Below, piece by piece: positions 46,638 to 55,869 of a stretch of DNA of 57,662 nucleotides. The notes under the pieces were generated by a model. It did not search any database and was not told the origin of the DNA. It worked only from the letters and a program-made list of their open reading frames with translations. The stretch covers positions 1 through 57,662 of the IMG/VR virus record IMGVR_UViG_3300031364_000002; one strand, 5' to 3'. Positions within the stretch are counted from its first letter, which is position 1. Every line of letters starts with the position of its first letter. The position numbers and the translations under genes were made by a program. Origin of the DNA: a virus. Lineage: Duplodnaviria; Caudoviricetes.

Positions 46638-47867
46638 TTGAACGGAAATGAGATTGAAAAAGTAATAAAATCTGATAATCAGAAAAAAAAGTCTTTAAGG
46701 GCCAAAACTGGATGTATTCTTATGGATATTTTAGTTGGTGGGGGTAGTGGGGAGGGGTATCCTTTTGGTCGTATAATTAATATTGTTGGAGATAAAAGTT
46801 CAGGAAAAACCTTTTTGGCGCTTGAGATAATAGCAGCCTGTTATCACCGATATGGGAATCGATTGAAATGGGTATATGACGATTGTGAAAGTGGATTTAG
46901 TTTTGATACGAAATACCTTTATGGATTTGAAATTATGCCTCCTGATGAAGAGGATCGTTTCCGATCCAGGCGAGTGGAGGATTTATATAATCACTACAGA
47001 GAATTCAAAGACTCACTTGAGAAAAAAGAGTACGGAATTTATGTGGTGGATTCCCTCGATGGGCTCACCTCTAGGGAGCAGGAAAAGATTGGAACCAACC
47101 GATTTTCTAAATATGAAGAAGGTAAGGATTTTGATCAAGGAAGTTACAAAATGGGAAAGGCAAAGTTTTTGTCCCAGGATTTTTTCCCAGAAGCAGCTGA
47201 ATGGACAGAAGAAAAAAATATTCTCCTTGTTATTATTTCCCAAACAAGGGATAAAATTGACTCTCTTTTTAAACAACAAACCCGATCTGGGGGGAAGGCT
47301 ATGGATTTTTATGCACATACTGTTTTATGGCTTTCTCACGTTAGAGATATTGAAACAAAGGGGAGACCCATTGGAGCTATTGTCAAGGCCTTCAATAAAA
47401 AATCTAAGACCCCACGTCCACGTAGATCCATATTTTTCTCTTTTTTGTTTGATCTAGGACTAGATGATATTGGAACCTGTGTCGATTTCCTTTTTGAGTT
47501 ATGGACGGAAAAGGGTGATATTAGCAAAGGGAAAGCTTCTCAAATTATTTGGGAGGAAAATAATCCGAAAACCTTAAATAATTTGAAAGTATGGATGGAA
47601 GAAAAAGGAATTCTAGAAGAATATCGGGGGGAAAGCAATAGAAGGCTCAAACTAAAAGAAATTGATGAGTTTATCTCCTCGAAAGCTAATCTCAAAGCTG
47701 AGTTTGACTCAAGTTTTGGGGAGCCAAAAACAAGAGAAGAATTAATATCTTGGATAGAAAAGGATTCAGCCAGAATAAAAGAGTTGCACTCTCGGGTAAG
47801 AGAAAAATGGGAGTCAATTGAGGATAGTATAAAACCAGATAGAAAGAAAAAATATGGAACCAATTAG
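46638..47867 (+). CDS. recA: RecA/UvsX-like recombinase
   Basis: G.P.GRII.I.GDKSSGKT, VVDSL, ISQTR, SGGKAMDFYA. Confidence 0.92.
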   Translation: MNGNEIEKVIKSDNQKKKSLRAKTGCILMDILVGGGSGEGYPFGRIINIVGDKSSGKTFLALEIIAACYHRYGNRLKWVYDDCESGFSFDTKYLYGFEIMPPDEEDRFRSRRVEDLYNHYREFKDSLEKKEYGIYVVDSLDGLTSREQEKIGTNRFSKYEEGKDFDQGSYKMGKAKFLSQDFFPEAAEWTEEKNILLVIISQTRDKIDSLFKQQTRSGGKAMDFYAHTVLWLSHVRDIETKGRPIGAIVKAFNKKSKTPRPRRSIFFSFLFDLGLDDIGTCVDFLFELWTEKGDISKGKASQIIWEENNPKTLNNLKVWMEEKGILEEYRGESNRRLKLKEIDEFISSKANLKAEFDSSFGEPKTREELISWIEKDSARIKELHSRVREKWESIEDSIKPDRKKKYGTN

Positions 47868-48002
47868 AATTACTCCATTAGAGCTAATAGTGTGTGTAGC
47901 TACAGGGCTTCTTTTGTGGAATTTGGTTAAAAAATTATGGTTTTTAATTGAGGAACTTTTATATAGAATTGTTGACTTTATTCAAGATAGGAGATCCCGA
48001 AA

Positions 48003-48236
48003 ATGAAAAATGAATCGATGATGAAAAATTTAGGAATTACAAAACAGGAATTATACAATGTTTGGAATACCTATTCAGAATTGGTACGTACAAAAGGAGC
48101 TTCAAAAGATACAGCGGTCGAGATACTTTTAAGTTCAGGCATCATGAGAAGAGAGCATTCAATTTTTTTCTCTTCTGTTGGGCTTGAGGTATTCACTGAG
48201 GAAATTGCCTTGGAATTTGATAGGGGTAGAAAATGA
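48003..48236 (+). CDS. Hypothetical protein
   Basis: Coupled ORF with AGGAG RBS. Confidence 0.6.
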   Translation: MKNESMMKNLGITKQELYNVWNTYSELVRTKGASKDTAVEILLSSGIMRREHSIFFSSVGLEVFTEEIALEFDRGRK

Positions 48237-48727
48237 CCTACATTGGAATAGACAATGGAACTACTGGATCAATAGGAATAATTCACTCAGATCGTTCCTA
48301 TGAATTTTTTCAGACCCCATCCCGTATAGAGCAAGATTATACCAAAAAGAAACAAAATGTAGGACGTGTAAATATTCAGGAATTTTGCAATTTGATAACT
48401 TTATCTGCAAAAGGCCAAGAGAAAGTTATTGTTTTAATTGAACGGCCTTTTGTAAATCCGGGTGGTTTTCGCTCTTCCCTTGCAGCTGTCCGATGTATGG
48501 AAGCAGAATTTGTTGTTTTTGAGTTGCTCGGAATTCCCTATATTATGGTAGATTCAAAATCTTGGCAGAAGGAACTACTTCCCCAACCTTGTTCCAAGGA
48601 ACAATTAAAAAAAGCCTCAAGAGATATAGGGTTGCGGCTATTTCCAGGTGTGGAGGATATGATAAAAAAGCAAAAAGATGCAGATGGAATTCTTATAGCC
48701 GAATGGGGGAGGAGACACAATCTATGA
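48233..48727 (+). CDS. ruvC: RuvC-like Holliday junction resolvase
   Basis: YIGIDNG, IERP, WQK, DADGILIA motifs. Confidence 0.85.
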   Translation: MTYIGIDNGTTGSIGIIHSDRSYEFFQTPSRIEQDYTKKKQNVGRVNIQEFCNLITLSAKGQEKVIVLIERPFVNPGGFRSSLAAVRCMEAEFVVFELLGIPYIMVDSKSWQKELLPQPCSKEQLKKASRDIGLRLFPGVEDMIKKQKDADGILIAEWGRRHNL

Positions 48728-48778
48728 AGGTTATTGATTTGGAAGACATTGAACAATTATATAAGGGGTTTTGTAAGA

Positions 48779-49990
48779 ATGATTAAAAAATTAAATCTTT
48801 CTAATTTCCAAACTCACAAATGTACAGAAATAAGATTTCATCCAGGAATAAATGTTTTTAGGGGTACTTCTGATCATGGAAAATCTGCAATTATTAGGGC
48901 TATTCGATGGCTGTATGAGAATCGACCCTTGGGGGATGGGTTTGTCTGCAATCAAATTGGAGAGGATGAGGCTTGTGAAGTTCAGATTTTAATGGGTTCC
49001 GGAGAAAAAATTCGACGGCTAAAAAAGAAAGGGCAAAATGAGTACTTTCTGAACGACAAGGAATTTGAAGTTGCTGGCAGAGAAGTTCCTACTGAGATAG
49101 TAAAAGTATTAAATTACAGCGATGTAAATATTCAGCTTCAGTTTGATCCCCCATTTCTTGTACTTTCCCCTCCTGGGGAGGTGGCCAGGTTTTTTAACTC
49201 GGTGGTAAAAATTGATTATATAGATAGAGTTTTGTCTCTTGCAGCTTCAAAAAAACGAAAGAACAATGAGAATTTGAGAAATAAGACTGAGCTACTTGAG
49301 GAATTAAAAAAGAAAGAAGATAAATTTAATTGGATAAAGAAAGCAGAAGAAATTTACATCAGAACTACTAAATTAACAAAAGAGAAAGATTCTATCAAAA
49401 GCCAGTTAGAAAAAATCTTTTCTGGTATTCAGAATATTCAGTACGCTGTAAGGATAATAAATCAAAATCAGATCAAAATCGAAGCAGAAGACATTTTAAA
49501 ATCGATTGAGAAAAGAGTTGAGAAATTTGAAAAGTGTAAATCCATAATTTCTAGTGGAGAAAATCTTGTGTGCTCTTTTAATAACAAAGAATTAATAGTA
49601 AAAAATAGAAATAATGTAAATAAAGCTGAAAATTTATGGAAAGAATTGAAGGAAATAGAGACAACTAAAGAGAATACTGAATCAAAAATTACAAAAATTA
49701 GGTTTAATTTTACTAATTATGAAGGACTGATTAGAATATCTAATGAATACAAAACAGAAAAACTAATAGAATCAGAAAAAATTACAAAAAATTTGATTGT
49801 TTTTATTGAAAAAAAGAGTGTAATGATAAAGGTAATAGGAATTTTACAGAAATTTATAGACGAATTCTCTGATCTATCAGAAGAAATAAACATCTCTTCT
49901 GAAACAATTGAAAAATTAAGTAAAGAACTACCAAATATCTGCCCCACTTGTGGGCAGCCTTGGCCAAAATATAAAGGGGAGATCGTATGA
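48779..49990 (+). CDS. sbcC: SbcC/Rad50 N-terminal half
   Basis: NFQTH, G.SDHGKS Walker A, Q-loop, coiled coil, CPTCGQ zinc hook at the C-terminus. Confidence 0.88.
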   Translation: MIKKLNLSNFQTHKCTEIRFHPGINVFRGTSDHGKSAIIRAIRWLYENRPLGDGFVCNQIGEDEACEVQILMGSGEKIRRLKKKGQNEYFLNDKEFEVAGREVPTEIVKVLNYSDVNIQLQFDPPFLVLSPPGEVARFFNSVVKIDYIDRVLSLAASKKRKNNENLRNKTELLEELKKKEDKFNWIKKAEEIYIRTTKLTKEKDSIKSQLEKIFSGIQNIQYAVRIINQNQIKIEAEDILKSIEKRVEKFEKCKSIISSGENLVCSFNNKELIVKNRNNVNKAENLWKELKEIETTKENTESKITKIRFNFTNYEGLIRISNEYKTEKLIESEKITKNLIVFIEKKSVMIKVIGILQKFIDEFSDLSEEINISSETIEKLSKELPNICPTCGQPWPKYKGEIV

Positions 49991-50853
49991 AATTTATAGT
50001 TACTGCTGATTGGCACTTACGATCTGATTTGCCACGTTGTCGTAGAGATAAGAATTGGATAGAAACTCAAAAAAAGATTCTGGATTGGCTCTATAAAATC
50101 TACAAAGAATCAGAATCTACTTTGATTTATGTAGTGGGAGATGTTTTTCACACCTCCTCTGAGTGGGGAGTTCTATCATTAGTTTTAGCTGAAATATCTA
50201 AATTTGACAATATAATAATCATTCCCGGGAATCATGATTTGAAATATCATACCCAAATTAAGAACACCCCTTTTGAAATAGTCCAGTGGTGGAACAATGG
50301 AAAAATAAGATGGGGTTTTACTGAGCAGAATGAAGTTGAATTGTCTGATATAAACAACCTTATTATAGATCCTGTTCAGCTCATTCATACGCTTGTGTGG
50401 AAAAAAGAATCCGACAGACCTCATCCAGATGCCGGAGGGATTGTATCTGATGAACTTTTCAAAAGGTATCCAAAAGCAAAATGGATTCTTACTGGAGATA
50501 ATCATCAATCTTTTCACATAGAAAAAGAGGGGAGCCATATAATAAATCCCGGATGTCTTATCCGTCAAAAAGCTAATGAAATTGACTATGTCCCCTGTGT
50601 GTATTTAGTTGATACTGAAGCAGAAGCAGTAAAAAAAATACCAGTTCCTGATGATGAAAGTATTTTTGATGACACCTATCTGAAGGAGTCAAATGAGAGA
50701 GAGGAGCAAATTGCTGCTTTTGTATCCTCATTGAAAAACAATAGTAGTATATCTCTAAGTTTTAGAGATAATGTAGAAGATCATTTGAAAAAAGGGAACA
50801 TAGATCAGGGTACAAAAGACTTGATTATAGAAATAATGGAGGAATGTAAATGA
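49987..50853 (+). CDS. sbcD: SbcD/Mre11 nuclease
   Basis: ADWH, GDVF, GNHD, GDNH, NPG motifs. Confidence 0.92.
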   Translation: MKFIVTADWHLRSDLPRCRRDKNWIETQKKILDWLYKIYKESESTLIYVVGDVFHTSSEWGVLSLVLAEISKFDNIIIIPGNHDLKYHTQIKNTPFEIVQWWNNGKIRWGFTEQNEVELSDINNLIIDPVQLIHTLVWKKESDRPHPDAGGIVSDELFKRYPKAKWILTGDNHQSFHIEKEGSHIINPGCLIRQKANEIDYVPCVYLVDTEAEAVKKIPVPDDESIFDDTYLKESNEREEQIAAFVSSLKNNSSISLSFRDNVEDHLKKGNIDQGTKDLIIEIMEECK

Positions 50854-51098
50854 CTGCTAGAAGACTCGAAGAAATAAGAGACAAAATTGAAGAAGCCAAG
50901 GATAAAAAAGCCAAGGCTGAAGGGGCTTTGGAAAACCTCAAAAAGAGTATGAAAACAGAATTCGGAGTGGATTCTATTGATGAACTGAAAAAGCTTCTGG
51001 AAGAAAAAAAAGGGGAAGCAGAACGGCTTGAAGTTCGAATAGATAAATTATCTACCTCCCTGGAGGAGCTAATAGATTGGGATCGGGAAGATGACTAA
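50850..51098 (+). CDS. Small coiled-coil protein (possible SbcC middle segment)
   Basis: Heptad-rich; lies between the SbcCD parts. Confidence 0.7.
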   Translation: MTARRLEEIRDKIEEAKDKKAKAEGALENLKKSMKTEFGVDSIDELKKLLEEKKGEAERLEVRIDKLSTSLEELIDWDREDD

Positions 51099-51272
51099 AG
51101 GAGATAATAATTATGAACGTAGAGATAAAAGATAAACCAAAAATTGTAGACAAAAAAGTCACCTGTAAGAATTGGAGAAAAATAAGAAAGCAAGCCCTAA
51201 AATCTTACAAAAAAGTGTGGAAAGTTATAGACAGAAAACGGCAACTACAGGCCCGTAATAGGAATTATTTCA

Positions 51273-51881
51273 ATGGAGCTATCTAAAGTTAAATCTAGAA
51301 TAGATGAAGCCAAAGGAGAAAAAAAGGTTCTTTTTAATTCCATAAAAAATACTGAGTTAATAATTCTAGAGACAAAAGAACGATCAAAAAGTATAGATAA
51401 AGCTCAAGCTTTTTTTCAAATGGTAGCTAAAGAGACTCAAGACAAACTCGTTTTTCACATTGAACATATTGTTCAAGAGGCCATAGAAGCATGTTGGCCA
51501 GACACTTATACTTTTAAGTGTGAATTTGAACCGGGTAGGGGGAAAATGGAAGCTAGGCTATTTTTGCTACAAGACGGAAAGGAAATTGATCCCCGGGATT
51601 CTGTGGGGGGAGGCCTGGTGAATATAACAGCTATTGCTTTGAGATTGGCTGCTTGGAGCATGGGAAAAACAGATAATGTTTTAATTATGGATGAACCGTT
51701 TACTGCTCTGAGTGTAGATTTGCAACCAATAGCTGCTGAGATAATTAGTCAAATAACAAAAGAATTAGGGGTACAAATAATTATGGTAACCCATAACACA
51801 TCAATGATTGAGAAAGCAGATCGAATATTTACAGTAACAAAAAATGAAAAAACAAGAATATCCAAAGTAAAGGAGGAATAG
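51273..51881 (+). CDS. sbcC: SbcC/Rad50 C-terminal half
   Basis: SVGGG signature, LIMDEP Walker B, VTH H-loop. Confidence 0.88.
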   Translation: MELSKVKSRIDEAKGEKKVLFNSIKNTELIILETKERSKSIDKAQAFFQMVAKETQDKLVFHIEHIVQEAIEACWPDTYTFKCEFEPGRGKMEARLFLLQDGKEIDPRDSVGGGLVNITAIALRLAAWSMGKTDNVLIMDEPFTALSVDLQPIAAEIISQITKELGVQIIMVTHNTSMIEKADRIFTVTKNEKTRISKVKEE

Positions 51882-51884
51882 GAA

Positions 51885-52169
51885 ATGATACTCAAAAATG
51901 TAAGCTGCCCTTGTGGAAGGGGGTTTGATGAAAAAAATAAAAATGTATGGGTAAAAGAAGATGGATTTGATGAAGGAAAAGGAAAACGTCTTGTTTGTGT
52001 ATACTGTGGTCATGTATTTCATCAATTTTACGTTCCACAATATAAAAAAGGTCCTCACGAAGAATTTATAAGAAAACATCCAAAAGATCATCTCTCTAAG
52101 AAGCAAAGAAGAAAACAAAGAGAAAAACAGAAAGAAGACCTCAAAAAAGCTCTTATCTATTCAAAATAG
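51885..52169 (+). CDS. Zinc-ribbon protein
   Basis: CPCG...CVYCGH; AGGAGG RBS. Confidence 0.7.
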   Translation: MILKNVSCPCGRGFDEKNKNVWVKEDGFDEGKGKRLVCVYCGHVFHQFYVPQYKKGPHEEFIRKHPKDHLSKKQRRKQREKQKEDLKKALIYSK

Positions 52170-52205
52170 TATAAGAGCCCCTATGCTTTCTATTAGGATG
52201 GTAAA

Positions 52206-52436
52206 ATGATAAAGAAAACAAAGAAGATAAGCCTAAATGAAGACATGCTAGAAGTATTTATTGCTTATTCAGACTCCAAAAGAATAACTCTCAGCCAGTT
52301 TGCTGAATCTGCCATGGCAGGAGAAATTAGGCGGCGATGTAAAGAAAAAAAGAAATGGATTAAAGCCTTGGAACTAGCTGAGGAAGCGGCTTTGGATTCT
52401 CTTGTAGATCGGCTAAAAGAGAGAAGAAAAATTTGA
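52206..52436 (+). CDS. Ribbon-helix-helix-like small protein
   Basis: KKISLNE beta strand followed by two helices (TLSQFAE.A). Confidence 0.55.
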   Translation: MIKKTKKISLNEDMLEVFIAYSDSKRITLSQFAESAMAGEIRRRCKEKKKWIKALELAEEAALDSLVDRLKERRKI

Positions 52437-53128
52437 ATAATAAGATTAATGTTGTTCACTTGATTGATAATCTCCTATTTATGAAAAACTTGGAAACTAA
52501 TGCTTTCGATTTGGTTTTGGCAGATCCCTGGTATGGAATTGGTATGTTAAAAAATGATAATACTGGATTTGCCAAAAGGAGACACCATCAGATATTAGCC
52601 AAAGGAGTAGACGATAGTGCCTTTCAAGATAATATTCCTCCTGAAGAATTTTTTACCGAATTAAAAAGAGTATCAAAATATCAAATTATTTGGGGTGGGA
52701 ATTATTTTGGGGACTATCTTGGAAAATGTGTTGCTCCTATCATATGGGACAAGGGAACTGGAAAAAATTATTTTGCTGACGGGGAAATGGCTTGGACTTC
52801 CTTTCTGGATGGGTGCTTAAGAATATTTCATCATCAGTGGTGTGGTTTTTATAAAGAATCCGAACAGGGAGTAAAAACCATACACCCCTGTCAGAAACCA
52901 ATAGAATTGTATCATTGGATATTTAAAAAATTTAGTAAAAGATACCATATTAAATCTGTTTTTGATCCCGGAGTAGGGTCTGGTTCATCCCGAATTGCGG
53001 CTTATGACTATCAATTGGATTATACAGGTTGTGAAATAATTCCGTCAACGTGGAAAGCCCAGGAAGAGCGTTTTAAAACCTATATCAAAACAAATCCATT
53101 TAATCTTTCTTATCCAGATAAATTATAA
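52433..53128 (+). CDS. N6-adenine/N4-cytosine DNA methyltransferase (beta class)
   Basis: DPWY (DPPY-like), IIWGGNYF, HPCQKP, FDPGVGSGS. Confidence 0.9.
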   Translation: MNNKINVVHLIDNLLFMKNLETNAFDLVLADPWYGIGMLKNDNTGFAKRRHHQILAKGVDDSAFQDNIPPEEFFTELKRVSKYQIIWGGNYFGDYLGKCVAPIIWDKGTGKNYFADGEMAWTSFLDGCLRIFHHQWCGFYKESEQGVKTIHPCQKPIELYHWIFKKFSKRYHIKSVFDPGVGSGSSRIAAYDYQLDYTGCEIIPSTWKAQEERFKTYIKTNPFNLSYPDKL

Positions 53129-53224
53129 TTTTTTTTAAAAATAGTCAAATATTCTCTTGCTTTTTATTTAGAGTAGGTATATAATACCTATATAAGGTTA
53201 AGGAAAAGGAGATTAGAGATGACA
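53124..53224 (+). repeat. Repeat B, copy 2
   Basis: Perfect reverse complement of 27446-27546. Confidence 0.95.
53157..53185 (+). promoter_or_regulatory. Sigma70-type early promoter, right arm
   Basis: TTGCTT-N17-TATAAT; palindrome at 53174-53190. Confidence 0.85.
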
Positions 53225-53527
53225 ATAGCCCTAGTACATACGCAGTATGACAACAAACACCTTGACGAGGTAAAAAACCTAATGATGTCATTAGGCACGC
53301 CTATTATACATGCCGTATGGATGGAGTGCTATCAAATGTATGCAGCTCTCGACGGATGCCATAGGCTGAGAGCAGCTCAGATGCTTGGCATTACTCCTAT
53401 TATAGAGGAGGTAGAGTATAGCGATGACATGGCCTCTACCGTTACAGGATACGATGGCGACGATGATTATATGATCTCAGAGATTTGTGATGATTGTATC
53501 AAATCATCAATCCTATATTTCAAATAA
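53219..53527 (+). CDS. ParB/Srx-like small protein, first gene of the right arm
   Basis: P.I......ALDGCHRL.AA..LG motif. Confidence 0.7.
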   Translation: MTIALVHTQYDNKHLDEVKNLMMSLGTPIIHAVWMECYQMYAALDGCHRLRAAQMLGITPIIEEVEYSDDMASTVTGYDGDDDYMISEICDDCIKSSILYFK

Positions 53528-53597
53528 GCCGAAACGCCGGAGAGATCCGGCGGTAAACGACAATGTCGGGCACAAGTCCGACAGGAGGAGATTAGAG
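53528..53597 (+). ncRNA. Intergenic module M5 (5' half of hammerhead plus M4-like hairpin)
   Basis: GCCGAAACGCCGG...CCGGCG identical to M1, then TAAAC..TGTCGG-GCACAAGT-CCGACA and RBS. Confidence 0.6.
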
Positions 53598-54338
53598 ATG
53601 GAACAAAAATTAATTTTTGTTGATGTTGTAAATGACTCAATTACTCTAAAATGTATGCCTGTTTTAGATCCTGATTTTACAACATTGGCCACCACGATCT
53701 GTTCGAAAGCCAAGACAACTTACAGCGTTTGTACTATGTTGTCTTGGCAATATAATATGGCGTGGTGGCAAAGCTTGTATAATAGAGTTTTCTATTTTGG
53801 GGGAGTTCCTGAAACGGAAAAAAATAAAGCTATTTTTACATCATTTTTTGAAACGCAATATTATCCTATAGATTTTTTAAATAGCGAAACACCCACTATT
53901 GTATCTCAATTTTTTAGGACTATGCAAGCGATTCAGTACGGCAATCTTGACCTGTATCAACAAAGATTAATCATGGTTAAAGTTGATGAGTCTTTACTGG
54001 ATGAACACCTGGTGATATCCTCGGTTGGATATCATGGAGAAGAAGTTATTTGTGAGGAAGACGATATATGCAAACCTGACGAGTTTGACGTATTTAATAC
54101 AAGATTGGAGGGGGTTTACTATACCTATGATAGATTCCCTTTTTCCCCTCAAATTAATTTAAAGGCTCCTGCTAATGGGGTTCTTAAATTTTGGAAAAGC
54201 ATAATCCTGAAGGAGTATAATAATTACTATGGCCATACGGCTACTATTCTTTTTGGGGATGGGTACAGCATATTAAATACATTTTTAAAAAAGAGGAGGA
54301 AAGAAATAAATTTTGAAGAATATAGCTTTGTAAAATGA
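53598..54338 (+). CDS. Hypothetical protein
   Basis: Start MEQKLI after AGGAGGAGATTAGAG. Confidence 0.75.
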   Translation: MEQKLIFVDVVNDSITLKCMPVLDPDFTTLATTICSKAKTTYSVCTMLSWQYNMAWWQSLYNRVFYFGGVPETEKNKAIFTSFFETQYYPIDFLNSETPTIVSQFFRTMQAIQYGNLDLYQQRLIMVKVDESLLDEHLVISSVGYHGEEVICEEDDICKPDEFDVFNTRLEGVYYTYDRFPFSPQINLKAPANGVLKFWKSIILKEYNNYYGHTATILFGDGYSILNTFLKKRRKEINFEEYSFVK

Positions 54339-54359
54339 GTAAAGATATTGACAATGTTT

Positions 54360-54407
54360 GGATACCGCTTCGGCGGCACTGATGAGGCAGGCCAGGAGGA
54401 GAAAAAA
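54360..54407 (+). ncRNA. Intergenic module M6 (3' half of hammerhead)
   Basis: CCGC-TTCG-GCGG hairpin, CA-CTGATGA-GGC-AGGCCA, then RBS. Confidence 0.6.
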
Positions 54408-55079
54408 GTGAAAACAGAAATTCTTAGCATAGATGGAAACATTCTTTACTCCGGAAATTTTAAATCAGATAAAGAATGCCTAGAAGATGCCACCAAACAC
54501 CATATCAATCTTTATAGAGCAAATCTTTATAGAGCAGATCTTCAAGAAGCTTATCTTCAAGGAGCACTTCTACAGGATGCAGATCTTCGAGAAGCAAACC
54601 TACAGGATGCAGATCTTCAAAGAGCTTATCTTAAGAATGCAAATCTTCAAAATGCAAACCTTCAAAGAGCAAAGCTTCAGAACGCACATCTTCAAAATGC
54701 AAGTCTTCAGAATGTAGATTTCTATAGAGCTTATCTTCAAGAAGCTTATCTTCAAGGAGCACTTCTACAGGATGCAGATCTTCGGGATTCGAATTTTCGG
54801 GATTCAAATCTTCAGGAAGCAGATCTTCAAAGAGCAAATCTTCAGAATTCAAATCTTCAAAGAGCAGACCTTCAGGGAGCACTTCTTCAGGGAGCAAATA
54901 TTGATTTTTCAGTTTTGCCTCTTTGTTGCGGAAGTCAGTTCAAAGCAGACGAACGAATCTGCAAACAAATTCTTGCTCACGCAAAACGTATCATGGAGCT
55001 TTCCAAGGAGGGATCTACCGAGCTACACGAGCTGATGGCCGAATACATCAAAGGCTGGCACAGGGAGAGCGAATTTTAA
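54408..55079 (+). CDS. Pentapeptide-repeat protein
   Basis: A(D/N)Lxx repeats; GTG start after AGGAGGAG. Confidence 0.9.
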   Translation: MKTEILSIDGNILYSGNFKSDKECLEDATKHHINLYRANLYRADLQEAYLQGALLQDADLREANLQDADLQRAYLKNANLQNANLQRAKLQNAHLQNASLQNVDFYRAYLQEAYLQGALLQDADLRDSNFRDSNLQEADLQRANLQNSNLQRADLQGALLQGANIDFSVLPLCCGSQFKADERICKQILAHAKRIMELSKEGSTELHELMAEYIKGWHRESEF

Positions 55080-55114
55080 AATTAGCTGTCAATAAAACTA
55101 GCAGAGGAGGAATC

Positions 55115-55306
55115 GTGACGGATACAGAACGACTTGATAAATTAGAATCGCTTTTGCAGGAATCGACGCATGATGGTATATCGATAATGACAATTGACTC
55201 CGGAGGGATATTTTTAATGAACAGAATATCTGATGAGTTTAAGAACCTTCGTTTTGGTAAAAACCTGCGCGGCGCTATCGATAATTTTGTGAGCAAGGGG
55301 GAATAA
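55115..55306 (+). CDS. Hypothetical protein
   Basis: GAGGAGG RBS; TDTERLD.L...LR.AID motif. Confidence 0.65.
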   Translation: MTDTERLDKLESLLQESTHDGISIMTIDSGGIFLMNRISDEFKNLRFGKNLRGAIDNFVSKGE

Positions 55307-55654
55307 ATGGATAACCGATACGACCTTATTTTCGGTAAATTCGGTCAATATTTTTACGACAACAAAACAGAAGAAAATTTAATCCTGGAGGATGTGGTAA
55401 ATTTATTGAATGACGGAGAAAAGAAAAGAATTGAATCTAAAGCGCAAAAAAAGGAGCCTATATGACTTCTGAGGAATTATTTGATTTGGAAATTGGCAAT
55501 GGATTAGGTTGCGGTGATGTTTATTTTACAAGAGTGCCTGGTGGGTGGGTGGTTTACCGTTGGGACATGCTAAATGATGACGCAAAAGATGTTGGAACAT
55601 ATATTCCAGAACCAGGAACAAATGCCGAAAGGTCATAAGAGGAGGTTTGCAATA

Positions 55655-55864
55655 ATGATAAAAATTTGTAACATAAGCGGAAGAATTCTCTACTCTGGAG
55701 ATTTTGAATCAGATAAGGCATGTCTGGAGGATGCAGTCAAAAACAATGTTGATCTTTATGGAGTTAATCTTTATAAGGCTGATCTTCGGGGAGCAGATCT
55801 TCGGGGAGCAAAAGGAGTTTTTTTGAATGAAGAGAGAAATTCACAACATAAGGGGAAGGGGTAA
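55655..55864 (+). CDS. Short pentapeptide-repeat paralogue
   Basis: ILYSGDFESDKACLEDA matches ILYSGNFKSDKECLEDA of the 54408 gene. Confidence 0.7.
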   Translation: MIKICNISGRILYSGDFESDKACLEDAVKNNVDLYGVNLYKADLRGADLRGAKGVFLNEERNSQHKGKG

Positions 55865-55869
55865 AAAAA

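Noticed and set aside
54348-54376. TTGACA promoter
   Set aside because: No -10 hexamer at 16-18 nt spacing.
53528-54407. Active hammerhead assembled from M5 and M6
   Set aside because: M5 has GG where the GUH triplet should be and M6 has no GAAA/stem III of its own; treated as remnants.
54538-54784. 52-bp direct repeat (54538-54589 / 54733-54784) as a DGR template/variable pair
   Set aside because: The copies are identical, in frame within a pentapeptide gene, and no reverse transcriptase is present.
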